Of a DNA stretch of 64,000 nt, positions 27,021 through 36,850 are shown piece after piece. The notes below the pieces were generated by a model. That model was not told where the DNA came from and did not search any database. It saw nothing but the letters and a program-made list of their open reading frames with translations. The stretch covers positions 4,353 through 68,352 of the forward strand of contig JAYTOP010000039.1 of assembly GCA_043747745.1 (NCBI GenBank), given 5' to 3'. This DNA is from Pseudomonadota bacterium. GTDB lineage: Bacteria; Pseudomonadota; Gammaproteobacteria; Xanthomonadales; Xanthomonadaceae. The number at the start of each line of letters is the position of its first letter. The stretch's first letter is position 1. The position numbers were made by a program, and so were the translations under genes.

Positions 27021-28371
27021 GCAGCGTGTCCCAAAGGGCCGAAGGGATGCGGTGATCGCCACTCGGCGGCAGCAGGTCGTGGATCGACGCAAGATCGGCG
27101 CCGAGTTGCGGTGCGATTTCCAGCGCGAAACGCTCGACCAGGGCATCTTCCCGCCATGCCGGGCGTGTTGCGAGCGCAACGAATGCGGCGCGCGCCTCGC
27201 GACCCTCGCCCACGCATTCGAACGGTTTGTGGTCGCGGTATTCGATCAACGCGTCGAATCCTGGCGCGAGCGCCGGCTCGTCGAGCAGGTTGCGCCCGAA
27301 GATGCCCATCAACCGCGGCTTCGGCATGAACGGAGCCAATGCCAGGAAAACGAAATGGCACTTCGGGCACTGCCCGCACCAGCGGTTCGCTGGGCGATCG
27401 CCTAGGATGTGGAAGTTGCGGTTGCAGCTGGAGAAATGCGCATCGTAGCGGTCAGTCCTGGCGAACTGGAGCGCGACTGCGAGTTCCGACAACGGCCGCA
27501 GCAGCGAGTAGTAATGCAGGTCCGCGGCGACGTGGCGTTCGACGTAGGCGCCGAACGCATCCTCGAACGCCCAGCCCTTCGACCACTGGTGATTGACCTC
27601 GGCGACCACGCGACCATGTTCGTCGAGAATCTCGCTGCCGTAGCTCGCCGAGCGCTCATTCGAGAACACGACCTGGTCGCATCCATGCAGCAATGCAGCA
27701 AGCACCAGGATCGCCGAGTTGATCGCAGTGACCGGGATGTGGCCGTTGTACGCGCCCTGCCGGTTGTATTCGAACAACTGCGACGCAAGCTGGCGGGTGA
27801 TATTGAGCGTCGGCAACCCGGTGCGCGCCGCGCAGGCCGCGATCAATGGCGACGATCCGATCCAGGTCACCGTCTGCTCGACACCTGCCGCGCGCAAGGC
27901 CTCGATCGACACCAGCGAATCCTTGCCGCCGCCGATGGCTGTCAGTGCATGCGACGACAGTCCAAGCTGTCCTGCGGCGGCAGCAGCGGGCAACGCATGC
28001 GGAAAACGAATCTTCCCGCGCAGCGACAAACCATTCCGGTACGCGAACTCGCCCAGGCCGTTCTCGTAAATCTCGCTCAGCAGCGCTGCGGTATCGGCGT
28101 CGATCGCGTAACCGACGATGCGGATGTCCGGAGCCACCGCCGCCTTGTAATAGCTCACGCCTGCGATCAGGTGCAGCAGGCGCGACGCTTGCTCGACGGC
28201 TGCGGCGCGCGCGGAATCGAGCTCGAACGGCGCGCCTGGGAACGTGATCGTCTCGGTCAGCTCGGGTCCGTCGTCGAACGCATACACGAGCCGCGCGACG
28301 CCGGTCGCGGCGTCGAACCCGCAGCGAACGAAACGGAACGCGCGGATGGAATCGCGATTGAATTCGGTCAT
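27001..28371 (-). CDS. murL: MurL-like protein (UDP-MurNAc-L-Ala-L-Glu epimerase family suspected)
   Basis: Track ORF, 456 aa. PP-loop-like [16 protein letters not shown] near the C-terminus. ATGA overlap with the lysA stop and a 20-nt overlap with the murD2 start. Family assignment is from memory of the X. oryzae MurD2/MurL pair. Confidence 0.65.
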   Translation of the reverse strand: MTEFNRDSIRAFRFVRCGFDAATGVARLVYAFDDGPELTETITFPGAPFELDSARAAAVEQASRLLHLIAGVSYYKAAVAPDIRIVGYAIDADTAALLSEIYENGLGEFAYRNGLSLRGKIRFPHALPAAAAAGQLGLSSHALTAIGGGKDSLVSIEALRAAGVEQTVTWIGSSPLIAACAARTGLPTLNITRQLASQLFEYNRQGAYNGHIPVTAINSAILVLAALLHGCDQVVFSNERSASYGSEILDEHGRVVAEVNHQWSKGWAFEDAFGAYVERHVAADLHYYSLLRPLSELAVALQFARTDRYDAHFSSCNRNFHILGDRPANRWCGQCPKCHFVFLALAPFMPKPRLMGIFGRNLLDEPALAPGFDALIEYRDHKPFECVGEGREARAAFVALATRPAWREDALVERFALEIAPQLGADLASIHDLLPPSGDHRIPSALWDTLRAHFGT

Positions 28372-31022
28372 GGCGCGTCTCCATCCAGCACCGACTCGCC
28401 AGGCAAACCGCGCAGGTTGTAGTTCGATGCCATGGACGCTCCGTAGGCGCCGGCATCGGCGATCAGCAGCACATCATCGCCGGACGTCGCAGCCGGCAAC
28501 TTGCGACGGCGGCCGAGCACGTCGCCGCTCTCGCAGATCGGGCCGACCACGTCAAACAGGGCGATGTCTGCATCGTCGATCCGCGACAGGTTTGCGATCT
28601 GGTGGAACGCGCCATACAACGCCGGCCGCAGCAAGGTGTGCATGCCCGCATCAAGGCCGAGGCGGCGCACGCCGGATTTTTCGATGACCTGCGTCGCATG
28701 GGTGAGCAGCACGCCGCATTCGGCGACCAGCCAGCGCCCGGGCTCGACCCACAACGCGTATTGCGGATACGCCGCCTTGATCGCAGCGAGTGCGGCGCCG
28801 TACGCGGCGAGGTCGAACGGCGCGGCATCGGGTTCGTAGGGAACGCCCAGCCCGCCGCCGACATCGATCGCCGACACCGTTCCGATCGCATCCGCAAGGC
28901 TCGCCAGGCGCGCATACACCTCGGCCCAGTGCGAGGACTCGCCGATGCCGCTGCCGATATGCGCGTGCAGGCCGACGATGCGCGCGCCGATCGCGCTGGC
29001 GGCGGACTGGAAAGCAGGAAGTGCATCCGGATCGAGTCCGAACTTCGCGCCCTTGCCGCCGGTGCGTACTTTTTCGTGATGGCCGTGGCCGAAGCCCGGA
29101 TCGATGCGCAGCATCAGGTCGCGGCCACGGAACAGTTCCGGCCACTGCATCAGCGGAAACACGCTATCGTGGGTGATGCGCACGCCGCGTGTCGCGGCAT
29201 CGGCGTATTCGCCGCGCGTCGCGAAGCTCGGCGTGAACAGCACGCGCTGCGGGTCGAGCGTCGGCAATGTCGAAAACAGGTGCGCCAGTTCGCCGCCGGA
29301 AACGCACTCGAATCCGTAGCCTTCGGTTTCCAGCGTGCGCAGAACTGCAGCGTGCGGATTCGCCTTGAGCGCATAGAAGCGGCGATCGATCGCGGGTAAT
29401 GCGGCCAGCGCGCGCGCACGGTCGCGCACCGTCGGCAAGTGATAAACGTAGCGCGGCGTTCCGTGCGTGGCCAGTTCCAGCAGCGACTCGCGCTGCGTGC
29501 GCCACCATGCAACCGCACGCGGCGCATCGCCGGCATGCAGCGCGCGCCAGCTCGGCCCGAACACGGTGACTTCGTCTACCGGCATCGCGCCGGACGCGAT
29601 CAGCAAAGCATGCAACCGCGCCATCGTGCCGCTCGGTCCGTCCTGATCGAGCAAGGCTTCGTCGACGACGAAGGTAAGATTCAGGTCGTTCGACGATTGC
29701 GAGATCAGATGCACGCGCTCGCGACCGAACTCGGCCCAGACGTCGCCGAGCTTGTGCAAAAGCGAACGCATGCCGCGGCCGACCAGGGTGATCGCCGCGC
29801 ACGGCGCAATGACCTTCACGCGGCAGACTTCGGCCAAGTCCGCGCACAGCGCTTCGAGCACGTTGGAGTTGACCAGGTTGTCGCTGGGGTCGAGCGAGAC
29901 GGTGACGTTGGTTTCCGATGAACCGATCAGGTCGACCGAAAGGCCGTGGCGCTTGAAGCGCTCGAAGATGTCGGCAAGAAACCCGACCTGTTGCCACATG
30001 CCGATGGTTTCCATCGCAACCAGCACGATCCCGCGCCGCGAGCTGATCGCCTTGACGCCGGGAACGCTCGCGACGGAACGCGTAATCACCGTGCCTTCCA
30101 TCCGCGGGTGCGCCGTGTCGCGGATCCAGATCGGCACGTTCGCGTCGCGGCACGGATGGATGCAGCGTGGGTGCAGCACCTTGGCGCCGGTGGTCGCGAT
30201 TTCCTGCGCTTCCTCGTAGTCCAGGCGCGATAGCAGGCGCGCGTCCGGAACCTGGCGCGGATTTGCGCTGAACATGCCGGGCACGTCGGTCCAGATCTCC
30301 ACGCGCTGCGCGCCGAGCAACGCGCCGAAATACGCGGCCGACGTATCCGAACCGCCGCGCCCGAGGATCGCGGTATGGCCGTCGTCGTGGCGGGCGATGA
30401 AACCCTGGGTGATCGATAGCGTCGCGCCGCCGCCGAAACGGTTGCGAAGCGACGGATCGGCTGCCGTATCGCAAGACACCGACAGGCGTCGCGCCCAATC
30501 GCTCTGGTTCGGCCGCGATGCCGCACGCAGCCAGTCGCGCGCATCGACCCAGCCAACCGGCGCGCCCTGGGTCGACAGATACGCCGCACCCAAGGTCGAG
30601 GACAGCAGTTCGCCCTGCGCGAGCAGTTCGGCCTGCCAGTCCAGTTGCGCATTCGCACGGCGCGGATCTGCCAGCAGCGCTTCGAGGACAAGCAGGCGCT
30701 CGCCGAGCACGGCATCGGGATCCAGGTCGAGCGTCTGCGCAAACGCGCGGTGGCGCTGCACGATCGCGGCGATGCGTTCGGCGCAGCCAGCATCATCGGC
30801 GTGCGCGTCGATGATGCCCTGCAACGCATTGGTGATGCCCGACAGCGCCGACACCACGGTCAGCACGCGGACGTCGTCGGATTCAACGCGTTCACGCATC
30901 AACGCGCCGATGGTGTCCCAGCGCGTGCGTTCGCTGACGCTGGTGCCGCCGAACTTGAGGACGATCCAGCGTGGCGCGGGCTGGTAGGTGTCAGCGCCCG
31001 ATGCGGGCACGGCAGATGGCAT
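28368..31022 (-). CDS. lysA: Bifunctional aspartate kinase / diaminopimelate decarboxylase
   Basis: Track ORF 28368..31235. Start at ATG 31022 (MPSAVP...WIVLKFGGTSV). N-terminal aspartokinase (KFGGTS, ACT-like region). C-terminal PLP decarboxylase (YALKANP, HIGSG, CESGD). Confidence 0.9.
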   Translation of the reverse strand: MPSAVPASGADTYQPAPRWIVLKFGGTSVSERTRWDTIGALMRERVESDDVRVLTVVSALSGITNALQGIIDAHADDAGCAERIAAIVQRHRAFAQTLDLDPDAVLGERLLVLEALLADPRRANAQLDWQAELLAQGELLSSTLGAAYLSTQGAPVGWVDARDWLRAASRPNQSDWARRLSVSCDTAADPSLRNRFGGGATLSITQGFIARHDDGHTAILGRGGSDTSAAYFGALLGAQRVEIWTDVPGMFSANPRQVPDARLLSRLDYEEAQEIATTGAKVLHPRCIHPCRDANVPIWIRDTAHPRMEGTVITRSVASVPGVKAISSRRGIVLVAMETIGMWQQVGFLADIFERFKRHGLSVDLIGSSETNVTVSLDPSDNLVNSNVLEALCADLAEVCRVKVIAPCAAITLVGRGMRSLLHKLGDVWAEFGRERVHLISQSSNDLNLTFVVDEALLDQDGPSGTMARLHALLIASGAMPVDEVTVFGPSWRALHAGDAPRAVAWWRTQRESLLELATHGTPRYVYHLPTVRDRARALAALPAIDRRFYALKANPHAAVLRTLETEGYGFECVSGGELAHLFSTLPTLDPQRVLFTPSFATRGEYADAATRGVRITHDSVFPLMQWPELFRGRDLMLRIDPGFGHGHHEKVRTGGKGAKFGLDPDALPAFQSAASAIGARIVGLHAHIGSGIGESSHWAEVYARLASLADAIGTVSAIDVGGGLGVPYEPDAAPFDLAAYGAALAAIKAAYPQYALWVEPGRWLVAECGVLLTHATQVIEKSGVRRLGLDAGMHTLLRPALYGAFHQIANLSRIDDADIALFDVVGPICESGDVLGRRRKLPAATSGDDVLLIADAGAYGASMASNYNLRGLPGESVLDGDAP

Positions 31023-31390
31023 GGCAAACCTGATGAGCGGGGAGAGCGCACGGCGGACGCGGCGCGCGATGGACCAATGATAAGCGAAGCGATGCAGATT
31101 GGCCGCAGCAATTGCATGCGCACGAACCATGATTGCGCAGGTAATCACACGGACATGCCATGCCGACAGGAATCGTCCGGCACTGCGACAGCGGGCTGCA
31201 GGCACGCACTCAGGATCGGTGGTAGCCCCGCGCACCGCTTCTGACAGCGAAGCTGGCCAGCCCGTCCCAGCGTGGATTGTTGCGCTGCATCCTTGACCTG
31301 CCTCGCCACTGCTGCAAGGCTGGCCGTGAGGCCGCGTTCACGCGCGCCTAATTCGCCATTCATTCGTATCGTCCTGCCTGGAGAACGTCG

Positions 31391-33442
31391 ATGCCCGCCC
31401 ATACCACTGCGCAGATCCGCAACATCGCCCTCGTGGGCCACACCGGTGCCGGCAAAACCTCGTTGTTCGAAGCCCTGCTGCTGGCCGGCGGCGTAATCCA
31501 GACGGCAGGCAGCCTCGAGCGCGGAACCATGGTGTCCGACCACGATCCGATGGAACGCGAACGTCAGCATTCGCTGGGCAGCGCGATCGCCTCGATCGAA
31601 TACGGCGGCGCGCACATCCACCTGATCGATACCCCCGGTTACGCGGATTTCCGCGGACCTGCCTTGTCTGCGATCGACGCCGTGGAAACCTGCGCGATCG
31701 TGGTCAACGCCACGCTCGGCATCGAACACTCCACCCGACGCATGATGGAACACGCCGCCGCACGCGGACGCTCGCGCATGCTCGTCGTGCATCGCATCGA
31801 CGCGGAGGGCGCCGACCTCGGCGCGCTGCTCGCGAACCTGCGCGAAGCTTTCGGCAACGAATGCCTGCCGATCAACCTGCCCTGCGACAATGGACGCGGA
31901 GTGGTAGATTGTTTCTTCCAGCCGGATGGCGAGTCCGACCTCGGTCCGGTCGCGGAATGGCACCAGAAGATCATCGACCAGGTCGCCGAGATCAACGAAT
32001 CGGTGATGGGCCACTATCTCGACCTCGGCGAAGAAGGCCTGACTCCTCAGGAACTGCACGATGCATTCGAGCAGTGCCTGCGCGAAGGCCACCTGGTGCC
32101 GATCTGTTTCGCCTCGGCGCGCACCGGAACCGGCGTGCGTGCACTGCTCGATGTCGCAGCAAAACTGCTGCCTAATCCCGCTGAAGCCAATCCGCCGGCA
32201 TTCGTGAAAGGCGTCGGTGCCGACGCACAAGCGATCATCGCCGAGCCCGATCCGGCGAAACACGTCATCGCCGATGTATTCAAGATCGTCAACGATCCCT
32301 TCGTCGGCAAGCTGTCGGTGTTCCGCGTGTACCAGGGCACGATCAGGCGCGACAGCCAGTTGTTCATCGACGACGGCAAGAAGCCGTTCAAGGTCGGTCA
32401 CCTGTTCAAGCTCAAGGGCAAGGACCATGTCGAGATCGAACAGGCTATTCCCGGCGACATCGCGGCCATCGCCAAGATCGAGGAAATCCATTTCGACGCA
32501 GTGCTGCACGATTCGCACGATGAAGATCAGATCCACCTCAAACCGCATGCGTTCCCGAAGCCGATGTTCGGGCTCGCGATCGAGGCCGCCACGCGCGGGC
32601 AGGAACAGAAACTCTCGACCGCGCTGCACCGGCTGGCCGAGGAAGACCCGTGCTTCCACATCGAACACAACACGGAACTCAACGAGACCGTGGTCCGCGG
32701 CCTCGGCGAACTGCACCTGCGCACGATGCTCGAGCGCATGAAGGCGCGCTACGGCGTCGAGGTGAAATCGCATCCGCCTCGCATCGCGTATCGCGAAACG
32801 ATTTCCGCGAAAGCCGAAGGGCATCATCGGCACAAGAAGCAGACAGGTGGCGCGGGCCAGTTCGGCGAAGTGTTCCTGCGCATCGAACCATTGCCGCGCG
32901 GCGGCGGCATTGAATTCCTCGATGCGGTCAAGGGCGGCACGATCCCCGGTCAGTTCATTCCAGCCATCGAGAAGGGCGTGCGCCTGGTGCTCGAGGGCGG
33001 CGCGGTCGCCGGTTATCCGCTACAGGACATCCGCGTGACCGTGTACGACGGCAAGTACCACGCGGTCGATTCGAAGGAAGTGGCATTTGTCGCTGCCGGC
33101 AAGAAAGCCTTCCTCGACGCGATCGGCAAGGCGCAGCCGCAAGTGCTCGAACCGATCGTGACCGTGGAGGTCGCCGCACCCGAGCGCAACATGGGCGACA
33201 TCACCGGCGCGCTCGCGGGCAAACGCGCACGCATCAACGGTACCGATGCCGGCAATGGCGACGAGATCGTGATCAAGGCGCAGGTGCCGCTATCGGAACT
33301 CGAAGGCTACGCCGCCGAACTCAAGGGCCTCACCGCCGGCCGCGGCCGCTACAGCCTCGACTTCAGCCATTACGAACCTGTGCCAGGCAACGTGCAGAAG
33401 CAGCTCATGGAGGCATACAAGCCGAGGCACGAAGAGGATTGA
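31391..33442 (+). CDS. Elongation factor G family GTPase (EF-G paralogue)
   Basis: Track ORF, 683 aa. G1 VGHTGAGKTS, G3 DTPGYADF, and EF-G domains III-V pattern (HRHKKQTGGAGQFG). Confidence 0.85.
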   Translation: MPAHTTAQIRNIALVGHTGAGKTSLFEALLLAGGVIQTAGSLERGTMVSDHDPMERERQHSLGSAIASIEYGGAHIHLIDTPGYADFRGPALSAIDAVETCAIVVNATLGIEHSTRRMMEHAAARGRSRMLVVHRIDAEGADLGALLANLREAFGNECLPINLPCDNGRGVVDCFFQPDGESDLGPVAEWHQKIIDQVAEINESVMGHYLDLGEEGLTPQELHDAFEQCLREGHLVPICFASARTGTGVRALLDVAAKLLPNPAEANPPAFVKGVGADAQAIIAEPDPAKHVIADVFKIVNDPFVGKLSVFRVYQGTIRRDSQLFIDDGKKPFKVGHLFKLKGKDHVEIEQAIPGDIAAIAKIEEIHFDAVLHDSHDEDQIHLKPHAFPKPMFGLAIEAATRGQEQKLSTALHRLAEEDPCFHIEHNTELNETVVRGLGELHLRTMLERMKARYGVEVKSHPPRIAYRETISAKAEGHHRHKKQTGGAGQFGEVFLRIEPLPRGGGIEFLDAVKGGTIPGQFIPAIEKGVRLVLEGGAVAGYPLQDIRVTVYDGKYHAVDSKEVAFVAAGKKAFLDAIGKAQPQVLEPIVTVEVAAPERNMGDITGALAGKRARINGTDAGNGDEIVIKAQVPLSELEGYAAELKGLTAGRGRYSLDFSHYEPVPGNVQKQLMEAYKPRHEED

Positions 33443-33521
33443 TTGAAGCAGCACGGGGGAGCGCAGCGGCTGTCGACAACGAAGCTGGTCTAACTAGTAA
33501 CTCAACACCTCCAGGACTTCC

Positions 33522-34196
33522 ATGCGCCTCACGAATGCCTTCCTCGTCATCGTCGACATCAGCGGCTACACATCCTTCATCACCAACCGCACGGTGAGCC
33601 TGCTGCATGCCGAGCAAATCATCACCGACCTGATCGAGGCGGTCATCGACAAGGCGCAGCATCCGCTGATCTTGAACAAACTCGAAGGCGACGCCGCGCT
33701 GCTCTACGGCGAATGCGCGCCTGACGACGTCGGGGCGGCGCAGGACGTGTTCGCGCAGGTCAAGGCCTTCTTTCCGGCCTTCAGCGACCGCCTTGCGCTG
33801 CATCGCGAGCAGCGCGCGCATTGCAACTGCGATGCCTGCACGCGGATCGACCACTTGGCACTGAAGGCGTTCGTGCATTACGGCGAGTTCGCGATCAAGA
33901 AGGTGCGGCAGTTCGAGGAACTTGCTGGCGAGGAAGTGATCCTCGTGCACCGGCTGATGAAGAACCATGTGCCCTCGCGCGAATACGTGCTGATCACCGA
34001 GGCTGCTCGCGGCGCTGCCGGGCTAGACGCAAACATGCTGCAAAGCCATCGCGAAGACTGCGAAGGCGTCGGCGAGGTGGCGCTGTGGCTGATGGCGCCG
34101 GATGCGATTCCGTTCGAGCTGGGATCTCGCGAACCTGTAGCAGCAGTGCTAGCGGACGTCGAACGCAGCGGCGTGTTCCATCACCTGCCGCAATGA
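33522..34196 (+). CDS. DUF2652-like protein (nucleotidyl-cyclase-like fold suspected)
   Basis: Track ORF, 224 aa. N-terminal FLVIVDISGYTSFI and KLEGDAALLY resemble the DUF2652 family as I remember it. Confidence 0.55.
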   Translation: MRLTNAFLVIVDISGYTSFITNRTVSLLHAEQIITDLIEAVIDKAQHPLILNKLEGDAALLYGECAPDDVGAAQDVFAQVKAFFPAFSDRLALHREQRAHCNCDACTRIDHLALKAFVHYGEFAIKKVRQFEELAGEEVILVHRLMKNHVPSREYVLITEAARGAAGLDANMLQSHREDCEGVGEVALWLMAPDAIPFELGSREPVAAVLADVERSGVFHHLPQ

Positions 34197-34250
34197 TCGC
34201 ACCAACGGAAAACGTGCATGTAAGCCAGTGCCGCCGCCGAGGCGAAACGC

Positions 34251-34544
34251 TTGCAGGATATCCCCAACATCGGCCCCTTGATCGCCGAAGACCTGCGCGT
34301 GCTGGGAATCGAATCGCCAAAGCAGTTGGTCGGCAAGGACCCTTACGCGCTCTACCACCGCATGACCGGGATCACCGGCATCGCGCACGATCCCTGCCTC
34401 TGCGACTGCTTCATCGCCGCCGTGCGTTTCATGGAAGGCGCGCCGCCGACGCCGTGGTGGCATTACACCGCCGAGCGCAAGCGGTTGCTGGTCGGCGTCA
34501 AGCCGCCGCGTAAACGCGGTGTACGTCGCAAACCCGCATTGTAG
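34251..34544 (+). CDS. Helix-hairpin-helix protein (Cdd1/mitomycin-resistance-like small HhH family)
   Basis: Track ORF, 97 aa (TTG start). Motifs: LQDIPNIGPLIAEDLRVLGI and HDPCLCDCFIAAVRFMEGAPPTPWW. Confidence 0.55.
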   Translation: MQDIPNIGPLIAEDLRVLGIESPKQLVGKDPYALYHRMTGITGIAHDPCLCDCFIAAVRFMEGAPPTPWWHYTAERKRLLVGVKPPRKRGVRRKPAL

Positions 34545-34637
34545 GAATTCTCCGACCCAAGATCGCCGAATTGGCCGATGGCTCATGACTTGCCGTCGCG
34601 TGACACTGGCTCCACGGTTCACGACGAAGGACGACCC

Positions 34638-35111
34638 ATGAAGCGCATCACCCTTTCACTGTTCGCCTGCATCGTTGTGTGCGCCCTCGCAAGCCAGAGT
34701 GCGGCTGCAGCCGCAGGTTTCGCGAGGGTTGCGGTTGCACCAGCGGCCGCACCAGCAACCCGCCCGCAGCAGCCTGCTCACGCGCCTAGGAGCGTCCGTC
34801 ATCGACGTGCACGCGCGTTGTCGCATGCGCTGCGCAAGGAGCATCGCGATCGCTTCGGCGAACGCATCGTTCCCGTTGCGAAACCGATCATCGTGCGCAT
34901 CGTGTCGCACGACGGCGCGGCTGCGCAGAAGGCTGCTGCACGCGATCAGGTCGAGCGCAATGCGCGAGCGGACCGCCTGTACCGGAGCTCGCAAGTCTCG
35001 GCGCCGATCATCACCAATGCCACGGCCTGCAAACGCATCGGCGCGCACGGCGAATCGATCTATGAGAATTGCCAGACCGCAACTGCTGCGATGGGAGCTG
35101 GTGAGTTGTAG
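34638..35111 (+). CDS. Hypothetical secreted basic protein
   Basis: In track ORF 34578..35111. ATG 34638 has AAGGA upstream. Signal peptide MKRITLSLFACIVVCALASQSAAA. Confidence 0.5.
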   Translation: MKRITLSLFACIVVCALASQSAAAAAGFARVAVAPAAAPATRPQQPAHAPRSVRHRRARALSHALRKEHRDRFGERIVPVAKPIIVRIVSHDGAAAQKAAARDQVERNARADRLYRSSQVSAPIITNATACKRIGAHGESIYENCQTATAAMGAGEL

Positions 35112-35141
35112 GATATCCGTCAGCCCCTGCGGAGCCCGGCC

Positions 35142-35561
35142 ATGGACAAGCGTTTCTGGATTTCCGGTTTGCTGATGACGGTCGCCGCGATGATGCTTGG
35201 TTTCGTCGTGCACGGCGTATTGCTCAAACCCGATTACGCCGCACTCGGGCCGATCATGCGCACGGATGACGACTCGGCTCACTTCATGCAGTGGACGCTG
35301 CTCGCCGACGCGGCGATCGGTTTCGGCATCACCTGGATCTATCGGCAAGGCTATACGCCCGCGAAATCCGCTATCGGCCAAGGCTTGCGCTGCGGATTCG
35401 CGGTCGCGCTGGTCAGTACGATTCCGATGTTCCTGATCTCCTACGCGGTAGAACCCTTGCCCGGCACGCTGGTGATGAAACAGGAGTTGTTCGCCACCCT
35501 ACAGATGCTGTTTTTTGGCGTGATCGCAGCGCTGCTTAATCCACGACCGAAAACCAACTGA
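35142..35561 (+). CDS. Hypothetical integral membrane protein (~4 TM)
   Basis: Track ORF, 139 aa with hydrophobic segments. 30 nt after the previous gene. Confidence 0.6.
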   Translation: MDKRFWISGLLMTVAAMMLGFVVHGVLLKPDYAALGPIMRTDDDSAHFMQWTLLADAAIGFGITWIYRQGYTPAKSAIGQGLRCGFAVALVSTIPMFLISYAVEPLPGTLVMKQELFATLQMLFFGVIAALLNPRPKTN

Positions 35562-35573
35562 GCATTCCAGCAC

Positions 35574-36455
35574 ATGCCTCCACGCCCTCTGCTTTCCTGC
35601 ATGCTCGCGACCTACATGATCGCGACCTGCATGCTGACCGCTTGCGAGCGCAACGCAACCGACACCGCGACGATCTCTGGCGCACCCGTATCGCACGCAA
35701 CTGCTGCAACCGCAACAGTGAACAGCACGCCAGCGCCAGCGACTGCGCATTCGGTCGCTGCGCCTGCCGCAGCATCCAGCGTAGCGATCCCCGCGAGCGC
35801 GCAGACTGCGCAGTCGGCAAGCGATGGCGACTCCGATGGGCCATCCGCATCGCTGGCTGGCGTCGCCCACGATGCCGACCCGGATCCGGCATCGCTGAAG
35901 GATCCGTACCTGCTGCCAGGCTCGATCACCGCCGACACCGAGCCGGACGGCCTGCGCCGCATCTACGGCGCGGCCAACGTCAAGGAAGGCGAAGTCCCGG
36001 GTGCCGAGGGCGAGAGCGCACAGGGCGTGATCCTGTTCCCGGACGACCCGAAACATCGCGCCTACGTGTACTTCCAGAACGAGAAGACGCTGACCGGCAT
36101 CAGCATGGTGCGCGTCACCGACGAGGACTCGCAGTGGCACGGCGCGCAGGGCATCCGCATCGGCATGCCGTTGGCCGACCTCGTCAAGCTCAACGGCAGG
36201 CCGTTCAAATTCTCGGGATTCGACTGGGACTACGGCGGTCAGGTGATCGACTGGCTTGGCGGCAAGCTCGCCCCAGCAAAAGACGGCGCGACCTTGCGCG
36301 TGATACTCACCCACGGTGATCAACCCAAGGGCGTGCCGACGTCGAAATTGCCGATCGGCGATGGCAGCTTCCGCAGCGACCACCCGCAACTGGCAAAGAT
36401 GAAGGCGACCGTCGCCGAAATCAGCCTGGATTTCCCCGGTCACGACAATCGGTAA
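35574..36455 (+). CDS. Hypothetical lipoprotein
   Basis: Track ORF, 293 aa. Lipobox-like MLTAC, an Ala/Thr/Ser-rich linker, then a globular C-terminal domain. Confidence 0.6.
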   Translation: MPPRPLLSCMLATYMIATCMLTACERNATDTATISGAPVSHATAATATVNSTPAPATAHSVAAPAAASSVAIPASAQTAQSASDGDSDGPSASLAGVAHDADPDPASLKDPYLLPGSITADTEPDGLRRIYGAANVKEGEVPGAEGESAQGVILFPDDPKHRAYVYFQNEKTLTGISMVRVTDEDSQWHGAQGIRIGMPLADLVKLNGRPFKFSGFDWDYGGQVIDWLGGKLAPAKDGATLRVILTHGDQPKGVPTSKLPIGDGSFRSDHPQLAKMKATVAEISLDFPGHDNR

Positions 36456-36505
36456 TTGCGCGTCGTGCCTCGCAGGCACATCATCGAGGCATGCAGGAGA
36501 TCGCC

Positions 36506-36820
36506 ATGAAATCCACCACGCGTTTTGCCGTGGCCCTTGGGTGCGCAACCTTGTCGGCCTGCAATGCTTCGAACAATCCGATGCTTGGCCGCGTCGAGGC
36601 CGAAGTGTCAGGCCATCAAGTCGTCGTGACGAATTGCTACACGATGCAAGTCGCAGACGTGAAGTCGTCCGATGGCAGCCAGAGTTTTTCACCGTGCAAG
36701 AATGCTGCGGTGACGATCAAGAACAACATGCTGCTCGTCAACGGAGAATCGTACGGCCAGTTGGGCGACGGCGATCGCGTACTGGTCGAAAACGGCAGGG
36801 TGCAAATCGAGCCGCGCTGA
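36506..36820 (+). CDS. Hypothetical small lipoprotein
   Basis: In track ORF 36491..36820. ATG 36506 follows GGAGA. MKSTTRFAVALGCATLSAC lipobox. Confidence 0.6.
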   Translation: MKSTTRFAVALGCATLSACNASNNPMLGRVEAEVSGHQVVVTNCYTMQVADVKSSDGSQSFSPCKNAAVTIKNNMLLVNGESYGQLGDGDRVLVENGRVQIEPR

Positions 36821-36850
36821 GGCCTCTGGCGCAAGCGCAATGTTGAGCAG

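Noticed and set aside
31023-31390. Possible lysine riboswitch (L-box) in the long leader upstream of the aspartokinase-LysA gene
   Set aside because: I read the minus-strand leader and could not find the conserved L-box core elements with confidence; only generic hairpins were present. A cmsearch with Rfam RF00168 would settle it. I do not claim it.
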